A DNA stretch of 44,803 nucleotides, counting the filler, from Sphacelaria rigidula (lineage: Eukaryota), in assembly GCA_964200075.2 (NCBI GenBank). It is 2 parts of 2 records of this genome, joined end to end, with 100 filler letters (N's around TTAATTAATTAA, not from the genome) between each part and the next. Parts side by side here need not be neighbours in the genome. Positions count along the whole stretch, not along the records: positions 22,481 to 44,803 come from CAXNAA020000340.1; 1 more part is not named here. One strand, 5' to 3'. The notes under the pieces were generated by a model, which was given only the letters and a program-made list of their open reading frames with translations, had not been told where the DNA came from and did not search any database. This document shows, piece after piece, positions 25,701 through 37,848 of this stretch (positions are counted from its first letter, which is position 1; each line of letters opens with the position of its first letter). The translations under genes were made by a program, and so were the position numbers.

Positions 25701-28700
25701 AGTCAGTAACCTCGAAATATTTTGACGGTAGGGTCGTGGGTTCGAATCTCGAAGCGATCTGGGATTTTTTCTCATGACAAACAGTGGAGAGCGACCATGT
25801 CGTGGGTACGCAAAATTCGACTCAACGATCGACGAGGGAAAGGGACTACTGAATTTCTCTTGCGATAAAAAATAAAACGGCAAGCACCGCAGAAGGAAGG
25901 TCACGTACCAAAACAAGACAAAAATATGTAAAACCTCTATCTTGACCTTCCTCCTGTGTGACCCCGCCTGGTGCGCCCACATGTACTGAAAGGTGCAGAC
26001 TGGCGTCCAGAATAGATGGGACGAAAACACAACACAAGGCAAACATGGGCATTCGTACGCATGAGGAAAGGACCTGACGACGGGAGGAGAGAGGCGGAAT
26101 TGCTAGAAACGCAACGTTGTGCATAAAAAACAACAACAACAACACCTAGAGATGACACTACGAGCGATGATTAATCTACCTCTCTTACACACGGCAATTA
26201 CTGACACGATATAATCTTGCATGTCTCAAAATCCTCAAATCTCACCACAGCCAAGACCAGAGGTAGTCCCTTTTCCCCCAACACCGTGTCGGTCAGGAAC
26301 GAAAGGGCTAAGGCTGCGTCCGCCCCGGCAAACACCAGTAGCACTGGTAGATACAGACGGCTTAGCAGGAACACTGCGGTGTAGCAAACAAACGCCACGT
26401 TGCTCCCCGCCAACGGGCCGTAGCCCAAATGTCCTCCCAAGTGTTTTCCTTTTGTCGGCGGTATGGCCATGGTTGGATGGTTCGAGGCAACAAGACACGT
26501 GACGGTGTGAGCGTAGTAAAGCACAGATCGAAGGAAGTCGGGTACCGAATAAGCAATCCATATGTGATGAAGGAAACAGCATCAGGGACTGGTCATTAAG
26601 TTTATATCCTGCTGGTGCTTGAGGAGGCCCTGCTTCAAGGACGGTCGAAAGACAAGTTGGATCAAATACGGGCGGGGTAAGATGCAGGTGACAGCTCTCT
26701 CTCCCGTGTGCTACTGGTCAACGACGGGGGAGGGCAAAGCACCACCTGATTAGCTCCCGCACGATTGCTACTGAGACAACATACATGCAGTGTATAACTA
26801 TGCAGAGGGGTACCATTACATGCTCACCCGGGAAGATATCAGCCACGTCCAGCATGTAGGAGAATGACTGGAACCCGGCGAATGCCGCCACGCAGACGGT
26901 GATGGCAACTACGTAAAGGCTAACGATGTCCGCCATCACCTGCAAAACACCACAAATTCGATCATGGTCGTTTTCAGGTAGGCGACGAGGCACATCGTCA
27001 TTTCGCCAAAATTGGAGCACACGCTTGCTACATACACAACCCTCCTGGGAAGTTCTCGGTGCTTCACGACTCAGCCACAGTAACGACACGTACACGGATG
27101 CTCAGGCCGAATTTCGGCTGAGCGGAATTCAGTTCTTCCCTCAAACGTCGGGATCATAAACCTGTAAGTGATAATTTACCGCCGTGTGCAGTAACCTTTG
27201 TTTTGGCTGTGAGGAAGCAGTGGTTCCACCATGACGGCAGCAGAGAGCCAGCTACAGCGCGCGGAAAGTCACGTTGAGAAAAAAAAAAAACAAGAGTAGA
27301 ACGTTCGTGCTCCAGAACGGAATGAGATACTCGGACCTCGACAACGTTTTCCTCCCGAAACGACTACGACGTCATCTTCCAGAGGAAGCAATTTTCCCGG
27401 CACACACCTGAAGGCAAACTTCAGCGACGGGTGTCGGTGGCGCCAAGGGAGTGCTGAGTAGGGCCCAAGAAACAGTATCGACGTGACGAATCGGACACCA
27501 GAATTGCGGCAAGGGGGGAAGGGGGGGGTAAGCATTGAGCACACAGGGGACGCCAAATTATTTCCAAAATTTGGCGCATAAGTCGTCGTCGAACACAAAG
27601 GTGGCCAGCCTGTCCACTTGAGCTCTGTGTGTGCAAGCGTTCCGCGTGTATCTCCCTGGTGTGGTACACGCATTTTGTTGCTGTCTCCTGCAAACGGTTC
27701 ATGACACTTTCCCGAGTGTCTTCGACAAACACCAATGCTCCCGCCCTTTTTTTCCGGTCATGATCTCAACCTCTTCCTTCTCTGGGGACGAACGAGTCAA
27801 TACTCTCGCTGCGTCAACCCATATCTCAACCCCCATACATGCCCGACTCTTAGAATTGGTTCAGTAATCCCGCACCGGGTCGACTCTTATCATGTTCTCG
27901 TTGCCACCCGCGTCCTAACGCGTTCATCGAAGGGAATCAAAGACATTCCTGATGAAAAAAGACGTACGTAGTTGTGCCTGGTGAGAATCGAACCCAGAAC
28001 TCTTCCGAAGCGATTTCAACGTGTACCACGTACACCACCGGGGCGCGGTGGCGACCATGTAACGAAAAGAAGCGTCAACAAGCTATAAGCGACCCGCCTC
28101 CATGAACGGGGGCCGACAAAATGAACCTTGACTACAGCACATGACACAGGAGGAGTGGACTGTTTTCGTGCAGCAATGGTTTAGATCCGCTGGATTGGTC
28201 TGCGAAGGCTCGTTTTGAGAGGTCCGCAATGGCCGAAGATCATGCGTTGATCTTGCAGCTCTTTTTGCAACAGCACAACAGCCGATGGTGTTCCAAGCCG
28301 TGCGGACTATCATGCAGCTACGGTACCTCAAAATAAAATTTACAATAAAATCCGGCGTCGCTGCTATTCACTACAGTTCATCGGGCAAGCAATCGCACGC
28401 CCCATGTTCTACCTGTTGTGGCTGGTAGGATGCAACGCCGTGGCAAGCGCGCCGACCACCCTCCCTGACGCAACGTTGGCCTCTGGGGCCAAGTAGGCGC
28501 TGGGCAACAGCACCGTGCCCTGACCTATCGTGACGCCGGACCCGAAGATGACGCGGTTGCCCACCACCTAATCATTGCAAGAGGGGAGCAGGGCCAGGCG
28601 CGCCAGCAGCTTTGTAGGCATCGGAGCTCGGAACGGGCAAGTAATTTTGCCGGGGCTCTAGTTGTTGATGCGTGCTGTTTTACCTTACCGGTGACTGTAC

Positions 28701-31700
28701 GGCGGGGTAGCATCAGTGCTGTCGTGGTGGTAGGCTGGTGAATCCCCGTAGGACTAGCCAGTCAATATCGGTGCAAATATCCTAGACATACAACCAACGG
28801 CTTCTTGCCGATTCAGGACGAACATCGAAGGACTGTCCTCGGCGCTTCTTCATCCGGCGAATCGCGACTTATGGTTAGTGTCCGTGCCCGGAAACAGTGT
28901 TGAGAGAAACAAAAACTATTAAGGTCGGTCGGTTGGTGTTGGGATGATAACCTCGCCACCACCGTTGACGAGTACCAAGTATATTCGAAGCATACGCGCT
29001 TGCTCCGTATGAACTCAAGGATCTTGGGCAGTGGTCCTACTCGAGTCCCCGATGTCACGGGTAAGCGGTTCGTTCACGGTAAACGAACGATACCTACGAA
29101 CTTCCATAACGCACCTGATGGCAATACCCTGTAACGTCCATACACATCATGAACCAGAGTGCGATAACTTGACAAATCTCCCCCGATCCGTGTATAGAAC
29201 GAACATCTCCGCGAGTTGCAAGGGAACGATGTGGTGATAATGAACAGCTGCTGATTCGTCAAGACTGGCGCCATGCATGCCTCCAACATGCTTTTACCGT
29301 ATCAGTACGGGAGAGTACGAGGAAGCCGGCTTGATCCTGTGGGGACAAGGTCCACGCAGGATCAAGCCGGCTTCCTCGTACTCTCCTGTACTGGTACTGC
29401 AACAACATGTGGGCGACATGGAGACATGCATCGCGCCCGTCTTGCGGAACCAGCAGCTGTTCATTATAACCAGATAATTCCCTTGCAATTTGCGGGTATG
29501 TTCGTTTTATACACGGATCGGGGTAGAGTTGTCAAGTTATCACACTCTAGTTCATCATGTGTATGTACTTTACAGGGTATTGCCGTCAGGTGCGTTATGG
29601 AAGTTCGCGGGGGACGGGTTCAGCTTCGCGCCCACGAGGGGTAAGGGTATCCATCACACGTAGGGCACAGAATAATGCCCCGGACGCCGGAACAACGGCT
29701 CGGAGCGAGAAGGGTTCTCTTTTGTACAAGCTACTATTAACAATGTTTTCGTGAAAAGGAGACTAGAAGATACGATTGAGAACGAGAAGCGGTCGATTAA
29801 CGGATGAACAGCTTCAATTCCGAAATTCCCCTTCACGAGGCCCGATACGCCTCCTGTAGTAGCTTGCCACTGAAGCCCTTGATATCTTCAAGCACTATAT
29901 CGACGTGTAGCTGTAAGCACACGCCAGTGTTACAGGCAAAGAAAACACACAGAACGAAAAAACAGTCAAGTTCAAGCGAATTAGAAAGCCCACTTTCAAT
30001 GAACGCTGTACTCTGAATCTCACGAAAACATTGTTTATTGTAGTACGTGCTCACTCGGTGGCCACTGAGGTCCGCATGTTCGTTTATGGTGCTCCCGTCT
30101 CCGACGGTCACCAGTTCCGGATCCGATATCTGTGCACACAAACAATCCGGCGGAGTTGGGGTGCGCTTGGCTGGTTACACATCGCAGGGCACAATAGACA
30201 AAAGCAAAGAGAACGTCGAAACACCGAAAAAACTGAGAACAGGCGCAGGAATATGGACAAGATAAATACACTGCGGCGAGGGGAGGCCCGCGATGTGCAC
30301 ACACCCGAATTCTATATCGCGAAAATAGTACCAATGTAAAGTACCGGCTTAGGACTCACCGACCGTGAGGATGAGAACTGGTATTGCTAGGTGATCGAAT
30401 ATTACCCCGAATTCAGATACCCGGGATATGCGGAGAGTACTCGACAAAGAGTGAAATAGAACGAGAGGCAGGTCCGCGACGTTACCCCGCGAGGTATAGA
30501 ATACACAGATCAAGACCGAGACAAGGGGCAGATGGTGCAACCACAGAGGCAAAATAACGGAGATGGGTACGCAAGTAAACACAAGGCACAGGAGTAGACA
30601 ATGGACACCAAGAGACGAAGCCGTGAGGGAGAAGACATGGCCACGTACAGTATTGGCAAAACATGTGTCTTCTCTCTCCTCCCCTTACCCGGACCGTGTT
30701 GAGGAATACATCCCTGCCGAGCTTCGCCCCGAGCAGGCGGTAGTACCACACAATCAGTCGGCTACGTCGGATTTCGTCCACGAACAGCAGCCCAGAGAAA
30801 CTCTGTAGTCGCTGCATGGTCCACCACAGCAGATGTCGCAAACTGTCAGCGCAGGAGCAGACAACAAAGTTGGGCTGGGGATTGAGGGGTGCCGCTACAA
30901 TGAAAACGTACCGCACAGCAGGAGGGATGAACAAATCATTCTCCGGCGATTGTGAACAGGAGTCAGTCAGTCTCGACTACGATGATGACAGTGGCCTCGC
31001 TAACCCCGAATCCTTCGCTTGGGGCTTTGGAAATGGTTCATCAGGGAGATAACCTCAACGTTTTGGTCAGCTCTAGTCACACCACCGGAAAATTGCGTCG
31101 TTAGAAATATCTCGTCGAGAACTTTTACGGCCGAAATTTTACGGCAACGTGTGATCTTCTTGGTGAATAATTCCGAGGGCGGGTCTCTTACTCTCGATTT
31201 GATTGATTGATTGATTAATTGTCGCACTTTAACTGACCCCCCAGGGGTCCAGCCGTGGTCTCACTTGGTACAGTGGTACGACATACGGATACAACGTAAT
31301 CCTTCAACTATGGCATGCATCTTGTTCGATATCCGCGAATGCGCGAGTTATGTCGGTAGCACAGGGTCCTTCTCTGTCGACAAATTCTAGGTTGACAGCG
31401 TCATCTTGCGGGGGCGTCATGGCCTGTACCACTCCACACCAATTCGGGTTTGACTGCGAGGCGGTATGCTCCACCCACCTGTGCGTGGTGAAGGACTCTC
31501 CAGGCCTGACCCTTCCCACGAGAACCTTCTTGCTGGCCACCACCATGGTGCAGAGGCATAGTCCCCATCCCATCCACGCGAGAGGTAACACCACAAACAT
31601 CGAAAACGCTACACTTACCACCGGCGCCACCTTGTCATCATGCAGGTGGGGTGGCGGATAGTAACATTTCGGGGGGAAGGGGGGGGGGCAGGGATAAGTG

Positions 31701-32138
31701 CTGTCAAATCACCATCAAGACGGACATCGCCCGCGACGAAATGCGTTCTACAGCCGAGGCGCACGCCATGGAACAAGGGCCTTCAATACAGGGAATAACT
31801 ATTATACATCCTCTATACGCTGGATGGGGTGCATGATATCAACGTAGAGAAACGTAGGGGGAAGATAAAACTACGAATATTTTTTTCAACAGATTGCGGT
31901 GCACCCCAGCATTCAAATAGCATTTTTTGGGAGATTGACGGCAGCGAATTCCAACCCCATATCATCGTATCTCGTCAAGGTGTACACCTCACCACTTTGA
32001 ATAGTAGGGGGGCTACGCACGCAGGCATGATCTTGGCGATGCCGTATTCGTACCTGCCGGACACTCCAGAAAAATGCGTAGGTTGGCAGCATCACGACCG
32101 CCGCGATGTATAAATAGCACAGGAACGCACGGAACGCT
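22787..32138 (-). CDS. Pls-like terminal region: repeated [TM helices - KW.L.GR..PG - R.LGA..G - beta-helix] units
   Basis: Unit 1: SKKVLVGRVRPG, YYRLLGAKLGRDVFL, DPELVTVGDGSTI, VTIGQGTVLLPSAYL. Unit 2: LKWILVQRFSP, WLRALGGPVGRCV, EPELLTLGDDMHV, FIGDRGLCGAGSVTLPGATL. Unit 3 starts AKWVIIG and is cut by the contig end. Confidence 0.85.
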
Positions 32139-34085
32139 CTGTGTGGAAGTAGACGGCAGTGAAACGCATAAAAAGATGGGGAGGGGGGAAAAGTATTGGG
32201 GGCCAATGTTGCTGTGAGGGTAGATTGCGCTGGAATGTTGCCATCAACTCCTCGAGCCGATGATGCAATAAGTGACGAATAAACGCGCTCATAAGTGAAT
32301 GACTGCACAATTCGCCGGGAAGCGCATCTGCGCAGGTCAGCGATGTTAACTTTCCGTCGATATGCGGATGATCTACCCACGCCCTCTGGAAGGATTAATC
32401 CTATGTTATGGTCAGGGTACAAAACTGGTTCGACAGCGCTTCCTCAAAATACAAGCGCTAGAAGTCGCCTGCACAACACCATAGCACCGTACCAAGGCGC
32501 CGCAGGCATGTCTTTTGACGTTTCGACTACGTGGCGCACCCACTCGTTGAGGCTTCGTCGTCTCTACCACGACCTACTTTATCGTTCTGTTCGACTTTTT
32601 TTTCTGTTCCTTCTTTTTCTTCAGCGAGTGTTTCAGTTTTTTTTGTTTTTTTCGGGTACGTCTATTATGTGACCGCGGCTGGATCATGACTCCTGGGGGG
32701 GTCAGTTACAGTGCGACAATCGATCAAACTAAATGAATCAAGGCGCGACACTCACGCGCGTGCCGAACACCACAAACAAAGCAACTTCAAAGACGCTACT
32801 CATCGTACAAAGAACATCTCACTTGTACAAGAGATACAAGGCGTTGTCCAGGTTGGCCTCCTCCTCCCACGATTCTTCCCGTCCATCGAACGCTCCGATA
32901 CCCCCAACCGCCGCACCTGCCTCTAGTCTATCTCTACGTACATCCGAGGACCCTCCACCGCCAACACACGACGGGTTTGCTACAGAGGCAGGAGGCGGCG
33001 GCTTCATATTCGAAACGGCGGGCGCGGATCGAAGCGCGTGGCCACTCGTCTTGGTTTTGGCTTTGCTCGACAGCATGAGAAGGTGATCCGCCATGCTGCC
33101 AGCTGTCGGGCAGTCGTACGCCAACGTCGTGGGGATGCTTTGGCGGCCAAGCTGTGTGTGTGGAGGGGGGGGAGTTAGTGTTTGGTCAGCGGGAGAATCC
33201 AACGAAACAAACTATGCGAGTGGTTGCTGTTCAGGAGGAATGATGCTTGATAGATGTTGTACGAACAAATCAGCAGCAAAAGCTTGCCGGTAGCTCCGTA
33301 TTGATTAATAAACGTGTATTGTACATGATGCACCTGCGAACACAGAATGCGGCGGAACTCGACCGCTTGAAGGCTGTCCATGCCGCACTGCTCCTGCAGA
33401 CTGTCGTCTTCCCCCAGCTCTCCATCCCAACCGGTAACCTGGCCAAAAACAGACGCAGGGGGAAGCTAGCGCGTCAATGCTCTGACAGCGGAGGGACATA
33501 CCATGGGTCACCTTGATTGGATAGAAAAGTAGCCTCGTGCGAGACATCTCCCCACACTTTTCCGTGGCCACTGCTAACGCCGTCATAAGGTCAAGGCGAT
33601 GATGGGGTTACGAGACGAGATAAGTAGCGCCTTCGGCTCACTTACTTCTCACGGCAAGGCACATCGCACGCAATGCAAGGCGCGCAGGCAGTACTATCCA
33701 ATTCACTGCAGCAACAGATACGCTCCCTCTCCCCCAACTACAGCTATGCCGCGCAGTACAACGACCAAGATAAATCCACGAGCTGAGCCAAACCCGAAAA
33801 GGGTTGACCGCTCAGCCAATGACAAACAACACCCAGAGATCGATTGCATCGCGAATACCGGCCGATGTTCGTTATGATTTCCATCATCCCCTCTCGCCAC
33901 GCGAGATCCGTCTGCCGCTTTTGTACATTGTACGGAGTGCCCCTACAGCACCAACGGGATGTGGGCGTCGGAACGCTGAAAAACAAAACCAAGGATTGAT
34001 TCGTACGGTACGAATCATGTACACTAAAATCAAGTAATTTTCCTTTGAATCGTTATTCGCTCGACCCTGGAACAATCACGATGTG

Positions 34086-34147
<62 letters not shown>

Positions 34148-37100
34148 GGCGTTTTTCACTCTGGGACGACATGATGTCAAGGCTACGGAGAAGTCTCACC
34201 CTCTCCACACGACTGACTGCACGTGTGTCCACGCAATCGCAAAATAAGAGCAAAATGTCATCAGCCCGACTATCACATGCACCACACATTGTGGAATATT
34301 CTACGGCAAAGTATGTGAAAATCGAATGTAAAAACACACACACACACACACATACACAGAATCGTCCGCATACGCAAGTGAAACAAAAGCAACACACCAT
34401 CGACCAGAAGGAGTCAGTGGTGATACATAGAGGTCATGCCCAACTCACCAGTCGAGCAGTCTCGAGCAAAACCTCCACCATTTCTTCTCGGCCCAATTCC
34501 ACATGCACCCCTGACCCATTCTCCATGCTGCCGGCCACTTCTTGCAGCATCGCCGGTAGTCGGGGGAAAACAGATGCGTAACTGGTCGTAGTCGGGAGCG
34601 AACAAGAGAGTGAGGACAGCGAGGCGATGAATGTGGCACCAGGTGGCGGCAGAAAGCGGGATGAAAAACACGACGACAACAGGGTTTGTTTTTGCTTAGT
34701 CGCTCAAGGTCCCCCCGTCAGCGTCGACGAAAGTACAAAAAACACGTTTACGGTTTCAGTATTATTGGTTGTTTTTGGTCAACCCCGTTCTACTCGAACG
34801 TTTTTATATTCTTGTACGGAAGGAATGAAAGGAAATCGAAACAGCAGTGCTTCAGGGAGTAGAATCAAGAGAGGACGAGAAAGAAAAAAAACACAATTTC
34901 AGAGCGTTATTGCGACAGCAATAACTTCGACATGAGGTCGCTTGCACGATAATTACATCTTGGTTTCCTCGGTCAAAATATCAACGAAGAACAAATGAAA
35001 TACGCATCCATCATACATCAGGGTGGACCGAAAACAGGTCGCGTATGTTCTTGGGGAACCACATATTCCCGACAAAACTGGATATAGGAAGCAAGTGTTT
35101 ATAAGTGCAAGTACAATACGTAGCCCCACTAGCGCCGGTCGCCCCGGTGGCTCCGTTGGTAACTTCGTAACCTTCTGACTGCTGAGTTGTGGGGTTCGGT
35201 TCTCGGAGCGATCTGGGATTTTTTCTTACACCGTGCCCAACAGTGGAGACCGACCATGTCGTGGGTACACAAAAATACGACTTGACGGTCGACGAGGGAA
35301 AGGGACCGCTGAATCCCTCTCGCGATAAAAAATAACAAGGCAAGCACCGCAGAAGGAAGGTGGGGTATCAAGAAAAAAAACGCTCCTGTGTTGACCTTCC
35401 TCCTGTGTAGACCCCGGCTGATGTGGCCACATATTCCGTAAGCGGTAGACAGGCGCCCAGAATGAAGGGGACGGCAACACAACACACACTAGCAGATCAT
35501 ATAGAACAGTGCTTACGATGAAAGTGGCAAGGTGACAGCAACCATCTCATCTGCGTCATTGTCGCAACACGGCGTGTCCTCACCTGCGCCACTCCATGGG
35601 CATCACAGCGGCGACGCACGACGCCGGTACGGACCGAGCCTCTGCGATCAAAGATCCAATCGCCGAGAAGCCCTCGTCGTTCGTCACCTGCATCAAAGGG
35701 TAGACAAAAAGTTCGCAAGCTAAGCACCCCTACAATCGCTGAACACTCCTACAATACAACGACATACTTCGAAAAAACAGAGGATGAAGATTATTGAGCA
35801 CACTCGCTCCAAAAAGAGCACACCCTGCATCATGACGGTAGATTCTTTAGTAAAAAAATGTCTTGCGTACAGTGTTGAATATGTTGCCTGTTGTAGCAAC
35901 AGGCGTCATAGTCAAAACTGTACGCAGTACACTTTTTGACTTTGTATCCTGTTGTCCAACGTATGAAAAAGAAGACAGACATGAAACAAAAATATCGTCA
36001 TGGCACACTCAATGTCGAGTGCACATCGAGCGGCAAATCGGAGAGCAAACATGAAGGCACTGGACTCGTAAAGGTACACATATGCTAGAGGTACCAACAC
36101 TAACATCAGAAACAACAACAAAAACAATGGACAGGCGCCAGACGCGCTGGCAAGACATCTCACCCCTAGATGTCCCACACTTCTAAGGGCTTCGACGGCG
36201 CCAGTTCTCTCTACTGCCGTGCCAGCCTCTATCCACGGCCCATATTGGATGCTGATCGCATTTACGCCTCGTGCCCGCCTCAGATGCCTGTCAGGTAACA
36301 CATTCCGCGTGCAACGGCTGTAAAATGATGTGGCGAACTTGTTAATACCATCGCTGTACGATATGATGCCGGCTTGAAGGGGAAAGGATCCCAAGGATGC
36401 GCGAAGTCAAGCGCGCATCACCCAGAAAACATTTTTCGTTGCCTGTGAAACATCGCGTGGAATATCATCGGGGTTAAAAACAATACCCTAAAACGGTTCA
36501 CCTAGCCGTGATGAGGGCCACCTGGCGCCTCTCAGCTTGTTTTGTATGCGTTTTACGCGGTGTTTTTTGTTGTAATTTTCTTGATTTGTGATTCGGGTTT
36601 TTTCCCGTTGCAAGTATCTCCGCCTACCCACCTTCGGTCCGCCCATCGTTGTGACCACAGCTAGACAATGACTCGAAGCGGGACAGTGAACGCACAGTAA
36701 CCAGTCTTGAAACCAATGTTTCATTATATTCTCAAAAATCTCGCAGTCAGGAAATACGCGGACAAATCAGACCGAAGCCAGAAATATGCTGCTATCTTCG
36801 TACTCTGAAGAGGCACAACGCGTGTATATATGTAATATATATACACACACGCCTGCACTCCAGTCTATTGATGTCGATCCTTGATACCATCCGGAATAAT
36901 TGAAAACCTGCATAGATTTTCGAGTTCGGTCATGAGTCAAAACGAAACGTCTCCAGAACAGACGTTCCTGTCAAGAAATAAGGACCCGAGTCGAATAGCA
37001 TAGCAAAACTGGGTGCCACCCGCATCACGACTCGCACGAGGTGGCACGTACTAATGGGCTGGGTTTCCCCCTTCCGTCAAGGGGGGGGGGGAAACATGAT

Positions 37101-37488
37101 TCCAAAAACAACTGAAAAACTCTCGAGCTTGTTCTCTCACCAGGCCAATCCGTCGAGACAGCTGTTCGCTGCGGCGTAACCAGCCTCTCCGGCAAGCCCA
37201 AGTACCGCAGACGCCGACGAAAATAGCACCAAGAACTCCAAGTCCAGTTCCAAACGGGCTGCAGCGTCGGAAAGATGCATAACTCCGGACACTTTCGCGT
37301 CCAAAAACGATATATCTACGACTTCGCTTTGGCCTGCTGGGCCCTGCGGTGGCGAGGAAGAACAGCGAGAGGCGGGTCGGTTCTTCGCGCTGCTCGAAGA
37401 ACCGGACCCGTTATTTCTTGCGGCGGGTTTGGTCTTGCTGCCGGGATCTCCGCCGCTGGCGTCATCATCATCTCCAGGGATTTGTTGA

Positions 37489-37520
<32 letters not shown>

Positions 37521-37643
37521 GGGCGGGCAGGCGGCGTGGATGATTCCGCGCACGGGAGGTAGGCCGGCTTGGGGTTGGGTGGCGACGGTTAACGCTGCGG
37601 TGACGTCACTGGATCGCGTGACGTCACATCGAAGAACGACGAC
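22787..37643 (-). CDS. Partial multi-exon gene: type I PKS KR + ACP + Pls-like (NRPS terminal domain) transmembrane/left-handed beta-helix repeats
   Basis: 19 exons joined by GT-AG introns with consistent phases and no stops: 37643-37141, 36287-36164, 35687-35584, 34581-34449, 33438-33334, 33151-32823, 32138-32054, 31630-31479, 30842-30689, 30129-30055, 28567-28413, 27407-27337, 27251-27196, 26939-26828, 26448-26246, 25503-25369, 24934-24788, 23740-23625, 23209-22787 (3182 nt). The two small exons near 27.2-27.4 kb are the least certain. Start and stop codons not found. Confidence 0.88.
25681..26037 (+). mobile_element. tRNA-derived SINE, family 1, copy 2 (intronic)
   Basis: A-box-like TGGCTCAGTCAG, B box GGTTCGAATC (25739-25748), shared body, ACACAACACAA tail. 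Confidence 0.85.
27673..28052 (-). mobile_element. tRNA-derived SINE-like element, family 2 (intronic)
   Basis: Minus-strand head GCCCCGGTGGTGTACGTGG...GGTTCGATTC (A and B boxes) with a body unlike family 1. The 3' limit is a guess from a CAGCAACAAAA tail. Confidence 0.6.
29097..29607. repeat. ~510 bp foldback inverted repeat (intronic)
   Basis: CGAACTTCCATAACGCACCTGA at the left pairs with TCAGGTGCGTTATGGAAGTTCG at the right; imperfect pairing continues to a small loop near 29345-29350. Confidence 0.93.
31196..31270 (-). mobile_element. Short 3' fragment of the (TCAA)n-tailed retroelement
   Basis: Reverse complement matches ~11150-11220. Confidence 0.75.
32575..32740 (+). mobile_element. 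3' fragment of the (TCAA)n-tailed retroelement
   Basis: Matches ~11040-11220 (CGTTCTGTTCGAC...GGGTACGTCTA...GGGGGTCAGTTA.GTGCGACAATC). Confidence 0.75.
33075..34490 (-). CDS. Phosphopantetheine carrier (ACP) domain split over three exons
   Basis: EEMVEVLLETARL-VTGWDGELGEDDSLQEQCGMDSLQAVEFRRILCSQ-LGRQSIPTTLAYDCPTAGSMADHL; GxDSL attachment motif. Confidence 0.92.
34087..34147. repeat. (TAT)n microsatellite
   Basis: About 20 perfect TAT units inside an intron. Confidence 0.95.
35134..35486 (+). mobile_element. tRNA-derived SINE, family 1, copy 3, with 7-bp TSD CACTAGC
   Basis: CACTAGC at 35127-35133 and 35487-35493; A box TGGCTCCGTTGG; shared body and tail. Confidence 0.9.
36164..37643 (-). 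CDS. PKS ketoreductase domain exons (catalytic part; NADPH-binding GxGxxG exon not seen)
   Basis: [76 protein letters not shown]; catalytic K, S, Y and N present. Confidence 0.93.
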
Positions 37644-37838
37644 CTGCAATATTTCCGTCATGCATCGCGCAATCAGATCGTGGGGTTTGAAGAAGCGGTT
37701 ATGAAATTTTTAGTAACCACGTCACCCACAATCCGGTCAAGTTGCTTTGCTATTCGGTGACATTTTGGAGGGGAGGGGGGGGGGGGGGGGGGGGATAGGA
37801 GGCACGGAAGGGAAGGGGGAAACCAGGTTCGGTAACGA

Positions 37839-37848
37839 NNNNNNNNNN
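37839..37848. other. 10-N assembly gap
   Basis: Direct reading. Confidence 0.95.

Noticed and set aside
27975-28045. Genuine tRNA gene
   Set aside because: A and B boxes are present but I cannot fold a convincing cloverleaf; better explained as a SINE head. The same applies to 25681-25760 and 35134-35210.
34045-34581. 178-aa poly-Tyr ORF
   Set aside because: Product of the (TAT)n microsatellite and antisense overlap with a real exon.
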